Source: Phoronis australis (lineage: Eukaryota > Animalia > Phoronida). From it: a stretch of DNA of 64,000 nucleotides. Shown here piece after piece: positions 36,643 to 48,712 of the stretch. The notes under the pieces were generated by a model. It did not search any database and was not told the DNA's origin. It saw only the letters and a list, made by a program, of their open reading frames with translations. How positions within the stretch are numbered: the stretch's first letter is position 1; the number at the start of each line of letters is the position of its first letter. Both the position numbers and the translations under genes were made by a program. Where the stretch lies: assembly GCA_002633005.1 (NCBI GenBank), contig NMRA01000152.1:298594-362593 (forward strand), given 5' to 3'.

Positions 36643-37872
36643 ATGGACCGCACTGTGCAGACTTCGGAAAACCATCTCCCGGTGGTGACGTCACAGGAGG
36701 TTGAACACGGTACAGAGAATCAAGAGCTCAATAAGAATATCAAGAGAGAACGTATTGAATCCAATGATCGAGCAGGTTTGAGACAAAAAGCCGGAAGTGA
36801 GCAAAAGTTTGAAACCACGCATGACTTGAAACGTCGCCGCCATTCTTCCTCAGAGCCCAAAATTAGCAACACGCCCGTCGATGTCACGCCACGGCAATTC
36901 TCGTCTCAAATTTTGAGGAGAATTCGTGCGGGAATTTACAGGAAGTCGCCGACTCGAGCCAATGTTCCAAAACCTTTTGGGCGACAAGTTGCCACCGAAT
37001 ATCGCATTAGAGATGTCAGGCGCGACATTTTAGTAAACCGAGATCCCGTTCATATGGATCAAACAATGCATAGCCAAAATAGTACTGACAATCCCGAATA
37101 TATGTGCGAAATAGACGAGCCTGTTGGAATACCCTTGAAACATACACTAAGCAACCATTTTCTTGCCACAGAAAAACGAACAGATGAGGGTACGAATGAA
37201 TGCCTTTTAAAAACAGAAGACAATCCGCATGTAAACTCAGTAAGTGAAGGATTAAGGCTATCGAAATCAGAGGGGTTTCTTGGACGTAAAGAAACTCTTA
37301 GCTTGTTTTCTGTTTTAAGTGCCGAGGATCTTACTGCACATATGAAGGAAAGACAAGCTGCTTCAGAACTTCAGCTTCTTTCTCGACAATTTTGTGCGGT
37401 AAAGCGTTACATCCAACTCAAAGAAGTAGCCATTGAAATCGCCAAATCTTGGTTTCTTTTGACCAGACGCGCCGGTAGAAAGGCATATAGGTACGCAAGG
37501 CGCAAACTGAGGCGAGAATTGACGCCGCTCATATTGTCTTACACCAAACGTATTAGCAATGCAGTAGTGGTTGAGGTACGACGCATAGCTTCTGCTTGCT
37601 ATGTTAAATGTGTGAACCGTTTAAAGTCCAACAGTGCAGCGCAGCGAAGGAAAAGCCGCGCGGTCCAAGTTTACGATAAGATCGTTACCTCTAGACCATT
37701 TTGTGACATTTACCTGAACAAATCAGCGCGGTCATACATGAATTCTTCAAGTCATGTATACGATGAAGCGATCCAACATTTCTTTCGTGTGTTAGACATG
37801 ACAGTGGAAAAGGTTTTTAAATACAAGGCGAAGTATGGACTGCTGGGAGGACCTGTTGAAACTGAAGTCTAG
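36643..37872 (+). CDS. Orphan 409-aa ORF; function unknown
   Basis: ATG-initiated 1230-bp ORF in AT-rich DNA; polar, probably disordered N-half and basic helical C-half; no motif recognised. Confidence 0.55.
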   Translation: MDRTVQTSENHLPVVTSQEVEHGTENQELNKNIKRERIESNDRAGLRQKAGSEQKFETTHDLKRRRHSSSEPKISNTPVDVTPRQFSSQILRRIRAGIYRKSPTRANVPKPFGRQVATEYRIRDVRRDILVNRDPVHMDQTMHSQNSTDNPEYMCEIDEPVGIPLKHTLSNHFLATEKRTDEGTNECLLKTEDNPHVNSVSEGLRLSKSEGFLGRKETLSLFSVLSAEDLTAHMKERQAASELQLLSRQFCAVKRYIQLKEVAIEIAKSWFLLTRRAGRKAYRYARRKLRRELTPLILSYTKRISNAVVVEVRRIASACYVKCVNRLKSNSAAQRRKSRAVQVYDKIVTSRPFCDIYLNKSARSYMNSSSHVYDEAIQHFFRVLDMTVEKVFKYKAKYGLLGGPVETEV

Positions 37873-38055
37873 ATGGCGAGTAAATGAAAATAACTATAGA
37901 CGATGTAATGTTCCTTTTAAAGTATCCTTTTAAATATAATTCGCTGTGAAAATGTAACAGGTTATTGATTTTTTCTGCTACATGTATATACAGGCCACCT
38001 TACGATAAAAACAACCATTGCTTATAATTTAAACATATTTCCGTTGTACAACCGA

Positions 38056-38550
38056 GGCCAGTTTTATGAGTACTTACTTAAGGCTTATGTTAAGACCGAA
38101 GACGAAAATTCAGAAAAGACTGTTTCATGAACACTAAGTGAGGCGGTCTGTGAAGTACGTTTTCAAGAACAATTTTGGTCTTGAAGCTCTAAATAGAAGT
38201 TTAGTTACATTTTGGATCTCTTTGCTTTAGAACATGTGTGTCTTGAAAATAGTTTTGCATGTGCCTATAAGTCGCACTGCATTATCTCTACGGCCTTTGT
38301 CGGTTTGAAATTCGAAAGCAGACTGTCTCCGTCTTGACATTGTTTAGGGACATCAGATTGTGAAAATGTCAACAAAATTTATTCCTCTACAGTTTTCAGT
38401 AATAGTAGTCGATCAAAAAGGCTGCACCTTTTGTGTGAACGAACAAAATTAAGGCTTAAAAGCCTACTCCGTAGCAAACCAATTTTCGGTATTAACCTAG
38501 ACCGATTTCGGTCATATAATTTTGATCTTAATAAATTTCATGAAACAGGC
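38056..38550. mobile_element. Probable Harbinger-type MITE
   Basis: Imperfect TIRs GGCCAGTTTTATGA / TCATGAAACAGGC; TSD unclear. Confidence 0.45.
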
Positions 38551-39371
38551 TAGGACATTTTGGTCTTTTAAGTTTTGCGATTTCGCTCTAAATTAAGACA
38601 GAAAGCAAGTTTCATGCAGCGCCCTCTGGTCACTTGGAAGTGCTATATGAGCTTGGGAAAAAGTGGCAACGTGTTATTGGCTGAGGCCAGGTTCAGTGAG
38701 TTGATTGTGCATAACATAAATGTGTAGTGTGCCAAAAACGGCATGATTAACGTACTTTGATAACATTTCCGTCTTTTTACTAGCTGTTTATATGCAGACA
38801 GCGGCGCATGCGCAATTCAATCGTCATTAGTACAGTAGCGACAACGCGAGGAGAATTCGTCGAATAGCTCCACTGGCTACATGTGTCGTCCGGTGATGGC
38901 AACTGAAGTGGTGGCTGTTAAATCATGGAGTAAATAAAGATTCGCAGTTTATCTTATGGAATTACTAGCGCCGGTGCCACTTACATGTAATTAGTATACC
39001 ATTCCCTGCTTCCGTGAGGTGGAAATTCTTATTCTTCCGCACTCTCTAGCAGCACGAAAAAAAAACAATTCCAGGCCCGTAGCCAGGGGGGTTCGCGGAA
39101 AATGTCCAGCTCCAGCCTGTTAGACAACAACAACAATAGCAACAAAATTGTTGCATCTGTTGGTATTACTAACTGCAATTATAACTAAGAAGAATTTGCT
39201 TCTGATTCAAAGCGCTTCGCGTAATCATCGGGCCCTGTCCGGGCCCAGGGCTCAACTTCGCCCGGGTGATGTTTGCGCAGATGACAGGATGGTGCAGATG
39301 ATTAGAGGAGGTTTTGCGTTATTCATTGGCATCGAACTTGCGTGGTTGCTACACCATTATCGTCGATATTA

Positions 39372-39839
39372 TCGTTGGCCAAATTGATGAACGTTAAGCC
39401 GTTAAATTACGTGCGTAAGTTAATTCTTGTTAGAAGTGTAAAGTAATTATTTGCGGCGTAAAGTAATTATTTACGGCGTAATGTAATTATTTGCTGTGTA
39501 CAGTAATTATTTATGTCTTAAAGTAATTATTACATTACGGCGTAAAGTAAGTACTTGCGGCGCTAAAAGTTCCTTTACGCGGCAAATAATTACTTTACGC
39601 CCTACAAAGTTTCTTTACGACGCAAACAATTACTTTAAGTAGTAAAAAGTTAACTTAAGCCGCAAATAATTACTTTAGGTCACAAATAATTACTTTACGC
39701 TGCAAATAATTACTTTACGCCATAAATATTTATTTTACGCAACAAATAATTTCTTTACGCAGCAATTAAAAACGCCTCCAACAAGAATTATCTAACGCAC
39801 ATAATTTAACGGCGTAACAGACACCCATTTGGCCAACGA
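39372..39839. mobile_element. TA-flanked fold-back element with inverted arrays of a ~20-bp unit
   Basis: TA|TCGTTGGCCAAAT ... ATTTGGCCAACGA|TA; left arm (CGTAAAGTAATTATTTGCGG)n, right arm (CAAATAATTACTTTACGC)n; shared subterminal GCCGTTAAATTA.GTGCG / CGCACATAATTTAACGGC. Confidence 0.8.
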
Positions 39840-40070
39840 TACACCTTGTTCTGTCACCTGCTTATGCATCGCTGGCGTCAATCTTCCAAGTTAAAAGTAT
39901 TCCAAACCCGGTTTTGTCCTATTGATAGATACTAAAAATTACTTTTCCATCCAGTTCTCTGAAACAAAATAATGCTTTGTAACGGCTCGACAAAGTTTAG
40001 AGGAAAATTATAAAACTCCTTGCAAATTGTACTAAAGTGGCAAGCGTGACATACGATTTTAGCGAGTTAC

Positions 40071-40219
40071 TATGGGCGGCGCACCATAGGGTGCTGGGGG
40101 GCTATTATAGCCCTCCAATTTTTTCAGTGCTGCGCTGCTCATGATCGGAAGGCTGTGCACCATAGGGGGCTGGGGGCTTTAGCCCGCCCCCCACTTTTTT
40201 CAGTGCTGCGCCGCCCATG
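40071..40219. mobile_element. GC-rich MITE with 5-bp TSD GTTAC
   Basis: TATGGGCGGCGCA ... TGCGCCGCCCATG; GTTAC at 40066-40070 and 40220-40224; internal duplication; relatives at ~42257-42323 and ~48207. Confidence 0.7.
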
Positions 40220-41838
40220 GTTACGCGGCATCTGTGGGAAAAGACCACCAACCAAGGAACGTAATGTTCAATTCGTGAGATATTGGGTATAAATTCTTAG
40301 TTGATTCCTGTTTTATCTTTAAAGATTGACGCCAATGATGCATCAGGAAGTGCAACAACGAGGATTGGTTGAAATCATCAAAATATGGCTTAGAATCCTT
40401 TTTAAGGGAGGAATCAATGAAAATGCATACACCCCATGTCACAAGTTGAACAATATGGTCCATTGTGGGTGGACTTTTCCCAAAGTCGCCGTGTAATTCG
40501 CACAAAGTGTAGGTCACGCTTGCCCGTTTAGTAAACTTTGAAAGGAGTTTTCAATTTTTTCAGAAAACTTTTGAATGTTGTGTGGTTACAGAGTTTTATT
40601 TTGTTTCAGAGAACTTGATGACAAAGTCATTTTATTATCTGTCAATAGGCCAAATCCGGGTTGGTATCCTTTTAAAAATGCAAGAACGTACTTAGTTTTC
40701 CGTAAGGCAAGCGGGCAATTTCGTGTGCACATAAAATCAATAGTACCCGGACGTTGTTTTCGGTATAGGTACACCACTCAGCGCATCTAATTACCACAGT
40801 ATCGTTTACTTTTGCGTGCAAAAGTATAAAGAATAAACCTGGGTTAGAATTTTTTATTATTTTCGTAGTAGTGAAGTTTCAGAATAGTGGGCTCTTCCCA
40901 TTTCCAGCGATGTAAGTAACACGCAAAAATACAACCAGATAAAATTGTCGTCAAGTCATTCTCAAACTTATTTGAGCACGCCTGATTTGAAAGTTTGGCG
41001 GAACGTTCTCTTTCTGGACCACATTGCATATCCGAATTTGACTCCCATTCTTTACCAGCAACCGTCACGGCATCCTTATTTCCGTCTCATCTCAGGAACA
41101 AAGAACTGAGAGCCATCTCCCTCCCCCTAATCCATGAGTAATGCGTTTACCTTGATTTAATGACTTAATTCTCTTTTGATCCCCTGTTGGTGAGTTTAAA
41201 CAACAAAACTTGTACCGAAGTTAAAAAGCAATGTATTTATTGTCATTTGAATTGTGAGTAAATTTTTGGGAAGTGTCCAAATTTCATTAATATCTTTGAG
41301 AGTTATTTTATAGAGGCAAAAAGCGTCCGCGTGCACTTTACTATTTGGGGCTTCAACTAAATTCCCTGAATCGTCATCATTTCTTAAAAGATTAGCCTCT
41401 AATTGCCAAAAATCATCTATTAACCTGTCGGTTTTCGTAGATACATAAAGATGTAAGTCAGAAACCAACGAATTTGTTAATCAAAACGGAAATCAATGTA
41501 CAGTTATAAGCAATATCCGCAGCCATGCTCGCAGATTTTAGGCGGGTAACCCGGAGAAAATGGGAGATTGGGCATTCATAGTAAGGTGTATATTTGCACA
41601 TAACCGAGATACCTATAACAGTTCAAGAGTTTAACTTGACCCCCCCCCCCCAAATAACGCTGCAAATATTTGTTTATTATTGGGAGTATTTGAGTACACG
41701 TACTCGTTCATCCCAATGGTAGCCTCGACAGCATTGTTTTCCACATGTGGGAATTCCTTACAAACAACTCATAGTAATCATTTTCAAAAGCGATGCTATT
41801 CTTGTGATACTATAGGAAACAGTAACATTATTTTATAA

Positions 41839-42035
41839 TTACATTATATTTTGGCCATAGTACGATTAGAAAACGGACAATCTCTCACTCTCATTTCACC
41901 GCATGGACGTGGAATGGTAATCGACACTTGTTGTCCTGCTGTACATATCCTGATGAAGTCTTATGAAAAGACGTAACGTTGAGTTAACATGAACTTTTTT
42001 ATTTGTGCGGCAATTGTCCGTTTTCTAGTCATTCT
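41839..42035 (+). mobile_element. Short Penelope family B pLTR insertion with an inverted terminal segment and hammerhead motif (41947-41983)
   Basis: 41945-42030 matches 13215-13300; 41849-41880 is the reverse complement of 13288-13318; absent from the paralogous host repeat near 20185. Confidence 0.7.
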
Positions 42036-42572
42036 ATAACTAACCATCGGAAATAATCCTTTTGTGTAATTAACGAATAGGGGTCTTCACGTTCTTCACA
42101 ATTCCACCCTTTAGATGGCGGTCAATCCTATTGTATTTTTCCACATTTTTTGGTTGTTTGGATCGAATGTCTTGATACTGCTGTGCTGTGCACGAATGTT
42201 GTGTTTTTTTATGAATTTGGAATCTCAACTTCGCTCGAGAATACTTGGCAGTGTCCATGGGCGGAGCACCAAAGGGGGCTGGGAGGCTATAGCCCCACTT
42301 TTTTCAATGCTGGGCCGCCCATGGTCTATGGGCGGTGCATCACAGGATGGCTGATACGTTTTGCAGGCCTTTAGGCGTCACTGTAGTACGTTTTCTGTAC
42401 CCGAAGTGTGTCTTTCTACGAATTTCAAATGCGCTTCAGAAGAAGTGAAATCTCTGCTTCAGTGTGTGTGTGTCTTGCACTGAAGTACGTGATCACTTAT
42501 TGCACACTTGCATTCGCTTCATCTTCATCCCAGCCAGGAACCACTGATGTGGAGTTTGCAATGTAAAATATC

Positions 42573-42722
42573 TTGCGTAAAATTTTGCAGAGCAGTTTTA
42601 TCTCATTGGAGCAAATGCCCATTTTACTAAAGGAGGTACACGCAGTGTTAAACGGTCGTCCATTAACTCATCTGTCTGGTCAGTTAGATGGTGTGCGACC
42701 ACTAACGCTATCTATGCTATTG
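42573..42722 (+). mobile_element. BEL/Pao LTR-retrotransposon integrase fragment
   Basis: ISLEQMPILLKEVHAVLNGRPLTHLS..LDGVRPLTLSMLL resembles the BEL/Pao L..EE..TLL.EVE.VLNSRPLT......PLTP..LL motif. Confidence 0.6.
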
Positions 42723-42724
42723 TT

Positions 42725-43190
42725 AATTGGTCATGTGAATTTAAAGAAAACCAAAGTAATTGTAATTAGAAATGGAGGTCCCTTAAGACTCTATGAGAAA
42801 TGTTTTTTTAACAAACAGCAAGTTGATGCTGTATCTCATTATAAATATCTTGGTGTTTGTATCACACCTAAATTGTCACGGTCGAAAGCGACAAAAACTC
42901 TCTTGTCAAGCAAATATAAAGCTGCATCACGTGTTTTGAAACTGCAGCGCAGATGTTGCAATATGCCTCCATCACTTGCCTTTCAGTTATTTGATGAACT
43001 GGTGTACCCAACATTGTGTTATGGTGCCGAGATTTGGGCGTTTAAATTTTTGTAAATGGACTCTGAGAGTTGGCGGTTCTTGCTCTAACGCTGCAGTATT
43101 GGGCGGATGTGGCAGATACTCTATGTTTACGAGATACTTTGTTAGCTGTATTAAATACTGGTTTAAATTTTTTAATATGCCACAGTTCTG
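42725..43190 (+). mobile_element. RTE-X-like LINE RT C-terminal fragment
   Basis: VNLKKTKVIVIRNGG...VSHYKYLGV...FQLFDELVYPTLCYGAEIW...SNAAVLGGCGRY...CIKYW; same clade as 1101-2690. Confidence 0.75.
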
Positions 43191-43211
43191 AACCTATTAC
43201 ATTTTCACACC

Positions 43212-43860
43212 AGGACCAAAATTTAACACTTCAAGACTGAAAATTTATCACGCCAGTACAGAAAATGTTCATGCCAGGGGACAGCGTGACCAACCGCTGC
43301 CAAACAATGACGATCCGTTCTGTCTCTGTAATACCTCGGACGTATTCAAGTACGTACCCTGTGTTCAAGTGTACATTGGCTTTTGCTGTAACTCGTGGAA
43401 GAGACATTATAAATTCCGTCTCTTTGTAACGATAATATGACTGTCGTTGCCTGGTGCCGACGCCATCACTGTGACGGGTCAATGCATGTGAATGGTCACG
43501 TGGTCCCATGGCATACAACATTATTGACCTGATAAATCGTAGGTCTTGACGTGATAAATTTTGATTTTACAGAAAGAAAAATGTGTCTGGGATTGCTTTT
43601 AACTCTTTCATTGGTGGTTATCCTGGTTTTGGAATACTTTTCGTCCAGCGGAGTAAAAACATGTTTTGACCTGTTTTCAAATCTTGCATGCAAAGTATGT
43701 GTCCTGGATTTTTCTACTTTCGCTTTCAAAAGTAGTGACGATGGTCACCTATTTCTTCGCTCGATCGATTGTTTTTGTGATTAGAACAAGAACGAAGGGG
43801 GGATGCGGACCACCCAGGTCTTCCCTCGGTTGAAGGCCATGTGTTAAATTTAGTTTTTAC
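43212..43860. mobile_element. Possible hAT-like non-autonomous element
   Basis: CAGGACCAAAATTTAACAC at the left and GTGTTAAATTTAGT at ~43841; decayed coding-like interior; no clean TSD. Confidence 0.3.
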
Positions 43861-44829
43861 TTCATAGCAATCTACCATAAACTACGTCACGTGGCCATGT
43901 CTTATAGTGAAGTTTAACAGTAAAGAAAGATGCCTTCATCAATGATAGCAAAACAACAGCATCAACTTTCGTATTATATAAGACAGTGTTCCAGATAAAT
44001 TCTCAAAATGCTAACGGAGTTCTAAATTATCGTTTCGTTTTCTATTTATGTACTACAATGTAGCTTTGATTTTTTTCACAGAAATCGTATTATTAGTATG
44101 GTTTGTTAATCCCTCATTTAAAAGTGTAATATTTAAGAAAATAATTTCTAAAAGCGTTTTGGAGAACGTTGGCTAAAGCGTGTCATCTGAAAGTTTCGTG
44201 CGAATCCGACAAGCCATTTCTGAGCCATGATATTCCGAAGATAACCAGAAATTGAACATTTTTCTAGGACTCTACATACTAATCTTAAGGTCACAACTAT
44301 CCAGTTGGGTGGTTACAAGGACCTGTCATCCGAGGCGACAGTTGTGACAAGTGTGGTTTCCCCTATTTTGGTTTAGCGTACTTTTGCTCCCAATAAGGCT
44401 CAGCCTTCCAGTACATTACACGTCTCCACGTTACCACAGTCCTCCCACAACGCACCTGAAAAACGGTCATAGGCGTCGCTAGTGAGTAAGTGTTGTCGTA
44501 GAGGAAGTCCTCCATAGGTAACTGTGTTTTATCTCGATTGGTCGTTGACCGGGGCATAAAAGCAATTCGTCGTTTTCGATATCTCAGGAAGGAATGAAAC
44601 GTCTTCCACAACTTTTGATGTTTTTGTGAAAGTATTTTGTTCCAAAAATAAACAGTCGACATTAATTTTCTATTTCGAGTGTAGAATTTTATACTACATG
44701 TATACCTTCATGCGACCTTAACCTCAGCGCTGTGCTGTTAGTCAAGCCATTCACAACATAATTTCAGTCGGACAGCTGTCTGAATGCCACTGCTTTCTTT
44801 TGTGTCGTTTCTCTATCATTTGAGAACTG

Positions 44830-44980
44830 CCTCCCGTTCAGTAACGCTAGGGCCTCGCTAAAAAGCAAAACTTTGCGAGATTGCGTGAGATATTGCCGTG
44901 CATTTTAAATAAGAACACTTGACTTTGACTAGGTTTTAGCTAGGTCCTAGCGTAGGTCCTAGCGTCTACTGAACGCACGC
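44830..44980. mobile_element. Harbinger-type MITE with CTG TSD
   Basis: CTG|CCTCCCGTTCAGTAAC ... TACTGAACGCACGC|CTG; same family as 11953-12089. Confidence 0.7.
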
Positions 44981-47081
44981 CTGGTTTCGATATTCTCTAA
45001 TTTAACTTTTCGGGAACGAATGGAGAATTCGCTCAAGTCATGCGCATACTTTGTTCCTTTTTTATCTCACTGTTATACCCACAGGAGCAATTAGGCGCAT
45101 TTAATTAGATAAAACCTAGTTTCTGTTCAAGCTAATCCACTCAGGTTTAACAATTATTTGGTACACTCGCTGATATGAAATTTCCAAATGACTTTTTGAC
45201 CGCTTTGATTAGTCAGTATTAGACGTAATCATGATGTCAAGCCCGCTTCGATCGGGAGAAGGTTAAAAAATATCAGAATAGCTACCGTTTTAGCTGAGCG
45301 AGTTTCAACTTTAAATAGCAGGAATTACGAGTTGTTTGGTAATCATGTTGGTTTTAGTTAAGACTCATCGCCATAGCAACAATCATATGAACGAAGACAC
45401 ATCGACGTCGACATGACTGCACCGACACTCGCATTATTAATTTAAGTTTAATGTGTAGGACCCTAGGAAACTGTTCAATTTTGGTCAACTTTGGTGCATC
45501 ATACCTCACAAATGGCTGGTTGGATTCATATACACACAGTCTCTATAAGATTTATGCACGTGAGGGGCTATCAACAATAGGACTTCTATGATATTTGTGG
45601 AAATAAATAAACTTGCATAACACGAAAACGAAACGTCAATTTAGAAAAATGTAACAAAGTTTTTGAGATTTTATTTTGAACATTTGAATCATGCAAAATT
45701 TGCTCATATCATTGATCCTGATGATTTGCTATGAATTTACTTTTTAAGTTTTTTTTTATTAGTTTAAACTAAAAATGCATTTTGATTTGACCTAATGAAT
45801 GGGGGATTGGTATTAAGTCAAAAATATATTTTTTAGGAATTTCTGCTCTCAGAAAATATATACTTTTTCTGAGTTCAATTCTATAGTTTTGTAGATATTT
45901 GATTAAATGCAGTCTTGTCAACAAATTGGTACATAATCTAAGCTAATCTATTCATTGCGGTTTCGTGGGTGAACAAAGCATCTCCACCACGTGTAGGCTT
46001 ACCATTACAAGCACCCAAGACAACACATGTTGTACAAAAACATGCTTCCTTTTATAATAACTCATTTATTTTAAAAATGGAAGGTAATTTTACACATTTT
46101 TAACAAAATTCTATTACTCAAACTTACGACCTCCGCTGTATTCCCGTCGAATTCACCACAGTCACCTTAACACTGTCACCATGACGAGGTAGGCAACAGG
46201 ATCACGTACATGTCGAAAAACACTTTGGTTTATAATTTACGTCACTAAATTAAGACAGTTGTCATCCTGATGTCTAACGGAAATTTAATCTGACTAGTGA
46301 TCTGTATGGGAGGAAGGTCTAATTGAATCTGATTATTAACAGGAATGCATTGTTTATCAAAAAACGTTATGGTCATAAACTTCATTTAATAATGATTAGT
46401 CATCATTTTCCACACTTTTCTACTACTCAGTGGAAAATCTGATGCAAAACATTGTCTTTGATACATTAACACTGCTACCGGCCATTGGATACAGACTTAA
46501 TTCTCCAAAACTGATTAAACGATCAATCATTTTGGTACTCTGGAAACGTTTTATCGAGATACATGAATTTTTTAAGTCAAATGATATGCTTCTGAACACA
46601 TGGCAAATTCAAACAGGTTAAATTATTTCAGGGATATTTACAAAGTTTACATATTACTGTATCTGTAAAAGCACCAAGTAACATAACTGGGTGCCATGAA
46701 CGACTGCTTAATGGGTTACAACATAAACTGTACAATCAGTATTCTTTCAATCAGGCAGTGATACGTATTATTACGTCGTTAGCTATGGCTGGCAATGTTA
46801 GAAGTGTTGCACATCTCCAGTCTATATAGGCAAGTTCCCGGGACAAAATCAAGTGAGTAAATTGAATAACCTGTGAGCTGAGTCTATCAAATACTGTAAC
46901 AAGAGAAATCAACCGAGAGGCTCACAAATGCTTCAACAGTCCCACTTTCCCCTGCACCGGCTACTGGTGCATGTCAGTCGTGTAACAAGCGGTTTACTTC
47001 CTTTATAATTAGTCGCTTTCCTGTCTCCACGAGCTACGGTATTCATGTGATACCGTCGCAAGACTGTCGTCTTCATTTTGT

Positions 47082-47344
47082 TCAAAGTTTCAGCAAGTTA
47101 TCACAGGATTTCGACGAGTGAGACGACGCGGGTTTTACGAGTTTCGAGAAGATTCTCTTTGCAGCTTTCTGTACAACATTGTTATTGTTTTGTTCTCTCA
47201 TTTTCCTCACTTTCTTGCTGTATTCTTTTTCGTGTAGCCGTATTTGACTGAGAGTTCCAACTAGAAGTTCGTCAACTTGATGACACAGTATTGCAGAAGT
47301 CTCAATGAATTTACAGTCGTACGTGGTGGCGACCACTTTTCCTT
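47082..47344 (-). CDS. RGK-family small GTPase (Rad/Rem/Gem-like), last coding exon
   Basis: gtttcAG acceptor; EGKVVATTYDCKFIETSAILCHQVDELLVGTLSQIRL (G5 ETSA), basic tail and C-terminal KSCDNLLKL*, like the RGK KSCHDLSVL end. Confidence 0.92.
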
Positions 47345-48408
47345 CTGAAACAAATAATAGTGTGAATTTTAGAAACAGTTCGACCGCAACTTTTGAGGTG
47401 ACGTTATGAGCAACAACTTGTACGTATACGGACGCGCTATGCGACCTCAGGCTTTGTTTGACGACCTGATAAAAATCTGGCGTCGCCACGAAGTCGTCGC
47501 GCTCAAAGTACCCAACAGGAAGTAAAAACAAGCATGAGAGGGAGGGGAAAGTTGGTCGTTACCGAGCATGCGACCTTGGGCAAAGCGGCGGGCATTTCTC
47601 GACATCGCCGGTTTTTCATTTTCGGCTACTGCTAATACGCTTTGTTTGTAGCGAACAGTACTTTCGCAATCGGCGACCTCACTATGAGTTCTCGTTTGGC
47701 GATCTGAGAAATTTGCTAGCACGAATTTGGCGACTTGAGGTTTTGCTAAGCGTCAAGCACTGTGTGTAGTGTCAAATACAAAGCTCAATCCCCCAAACCT
47801 GTCTGCAAAGTGACCTGATTTCGTGATTTCAACAAGTTTCATTAATCGAAAACTGAAATTACCACACACGTTACAAAATATCGACCCTAACATTTGTGCA
47901 AGACTGAGGCTAGGTAGCAGAATGAGGACTGCTGCTGTGATTGGACGGTGACGTAGAGACGTTGAATTATGGGATAGAATTCATGAATTCTGGGATTGAG
48001 TTCACTGCTTCCGTTCCATAAGCGAAGACTTCTTATTGCCAGTGAAAGATAATGTCTTGCGGCTTACGGAACTCGACGACAATTTCTTCCGCTCCTCCCC
48101 ACCACTGTTCGCCACAACATATTCACCCCCCCCGCCCCCAGATGCCGCGGGTGTGGCTCAATGTGGCTAAGAGGCGGGGTCCCAAATTTGTAGCATTGTT
48201 AGCATCATGGGCGGCGCAGGACAAACCATTCTTTCATGGAGAAAATGTAAAGGCTATATTTTAATGAAATTTAAAAAATCATCATGAAGTACGTTCATTA
48301 CTTCTAGAGAAATTTACCAAGGTTTTCTTGAAAAAATATGGGGTGCCGGCACCACCCCCGCTCGTTGCAGGCTGCCCATAATACGACACTGAAAGCAACT
48401 CACTTTCA

Positions 48409-48712
48409 GGAGGTACGTTCCGTAAAAGCAAGAACCTGTCGCATGAAGCTAGTTAGTGCGGTCAGGTGCTTCGCTTATAATGCATAGCGATATAATGCGA
48501 AGACTTGTATAATCTTGCGTTTTCGTGAGTTTCTTGCGTCTACGTTCTGCTTTAATTTAGTACGAAAACAGTTCAGAATTGCACAAATGTTACCGAGGCT
48601 GCGTTCCATGCAGCAAGATTTTTGGGGCAAATATTTACGAGATATCGCAATGCATTAAAAGCGAAACATGTAATCTCACTCGCGAGTAGACTGTTGCGTT
48701 ACGGAACGGGCT
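48409..48712. mobile_element. Probable Harbinger-type MITE in the RGK intron
   Basis: Inverted termini CGTTCCGTAAAAGCAA (~48417) / TTGCGTTACGGAACG (~48694). Confidence 0.45.

Noticed and set aside
39440-39780. Regular ~20-bp repeats resembling a CRISPR array
   Set aside because: No unique spacers, two opposed arms inside TIRs, eukaryotic context and no cas genes.
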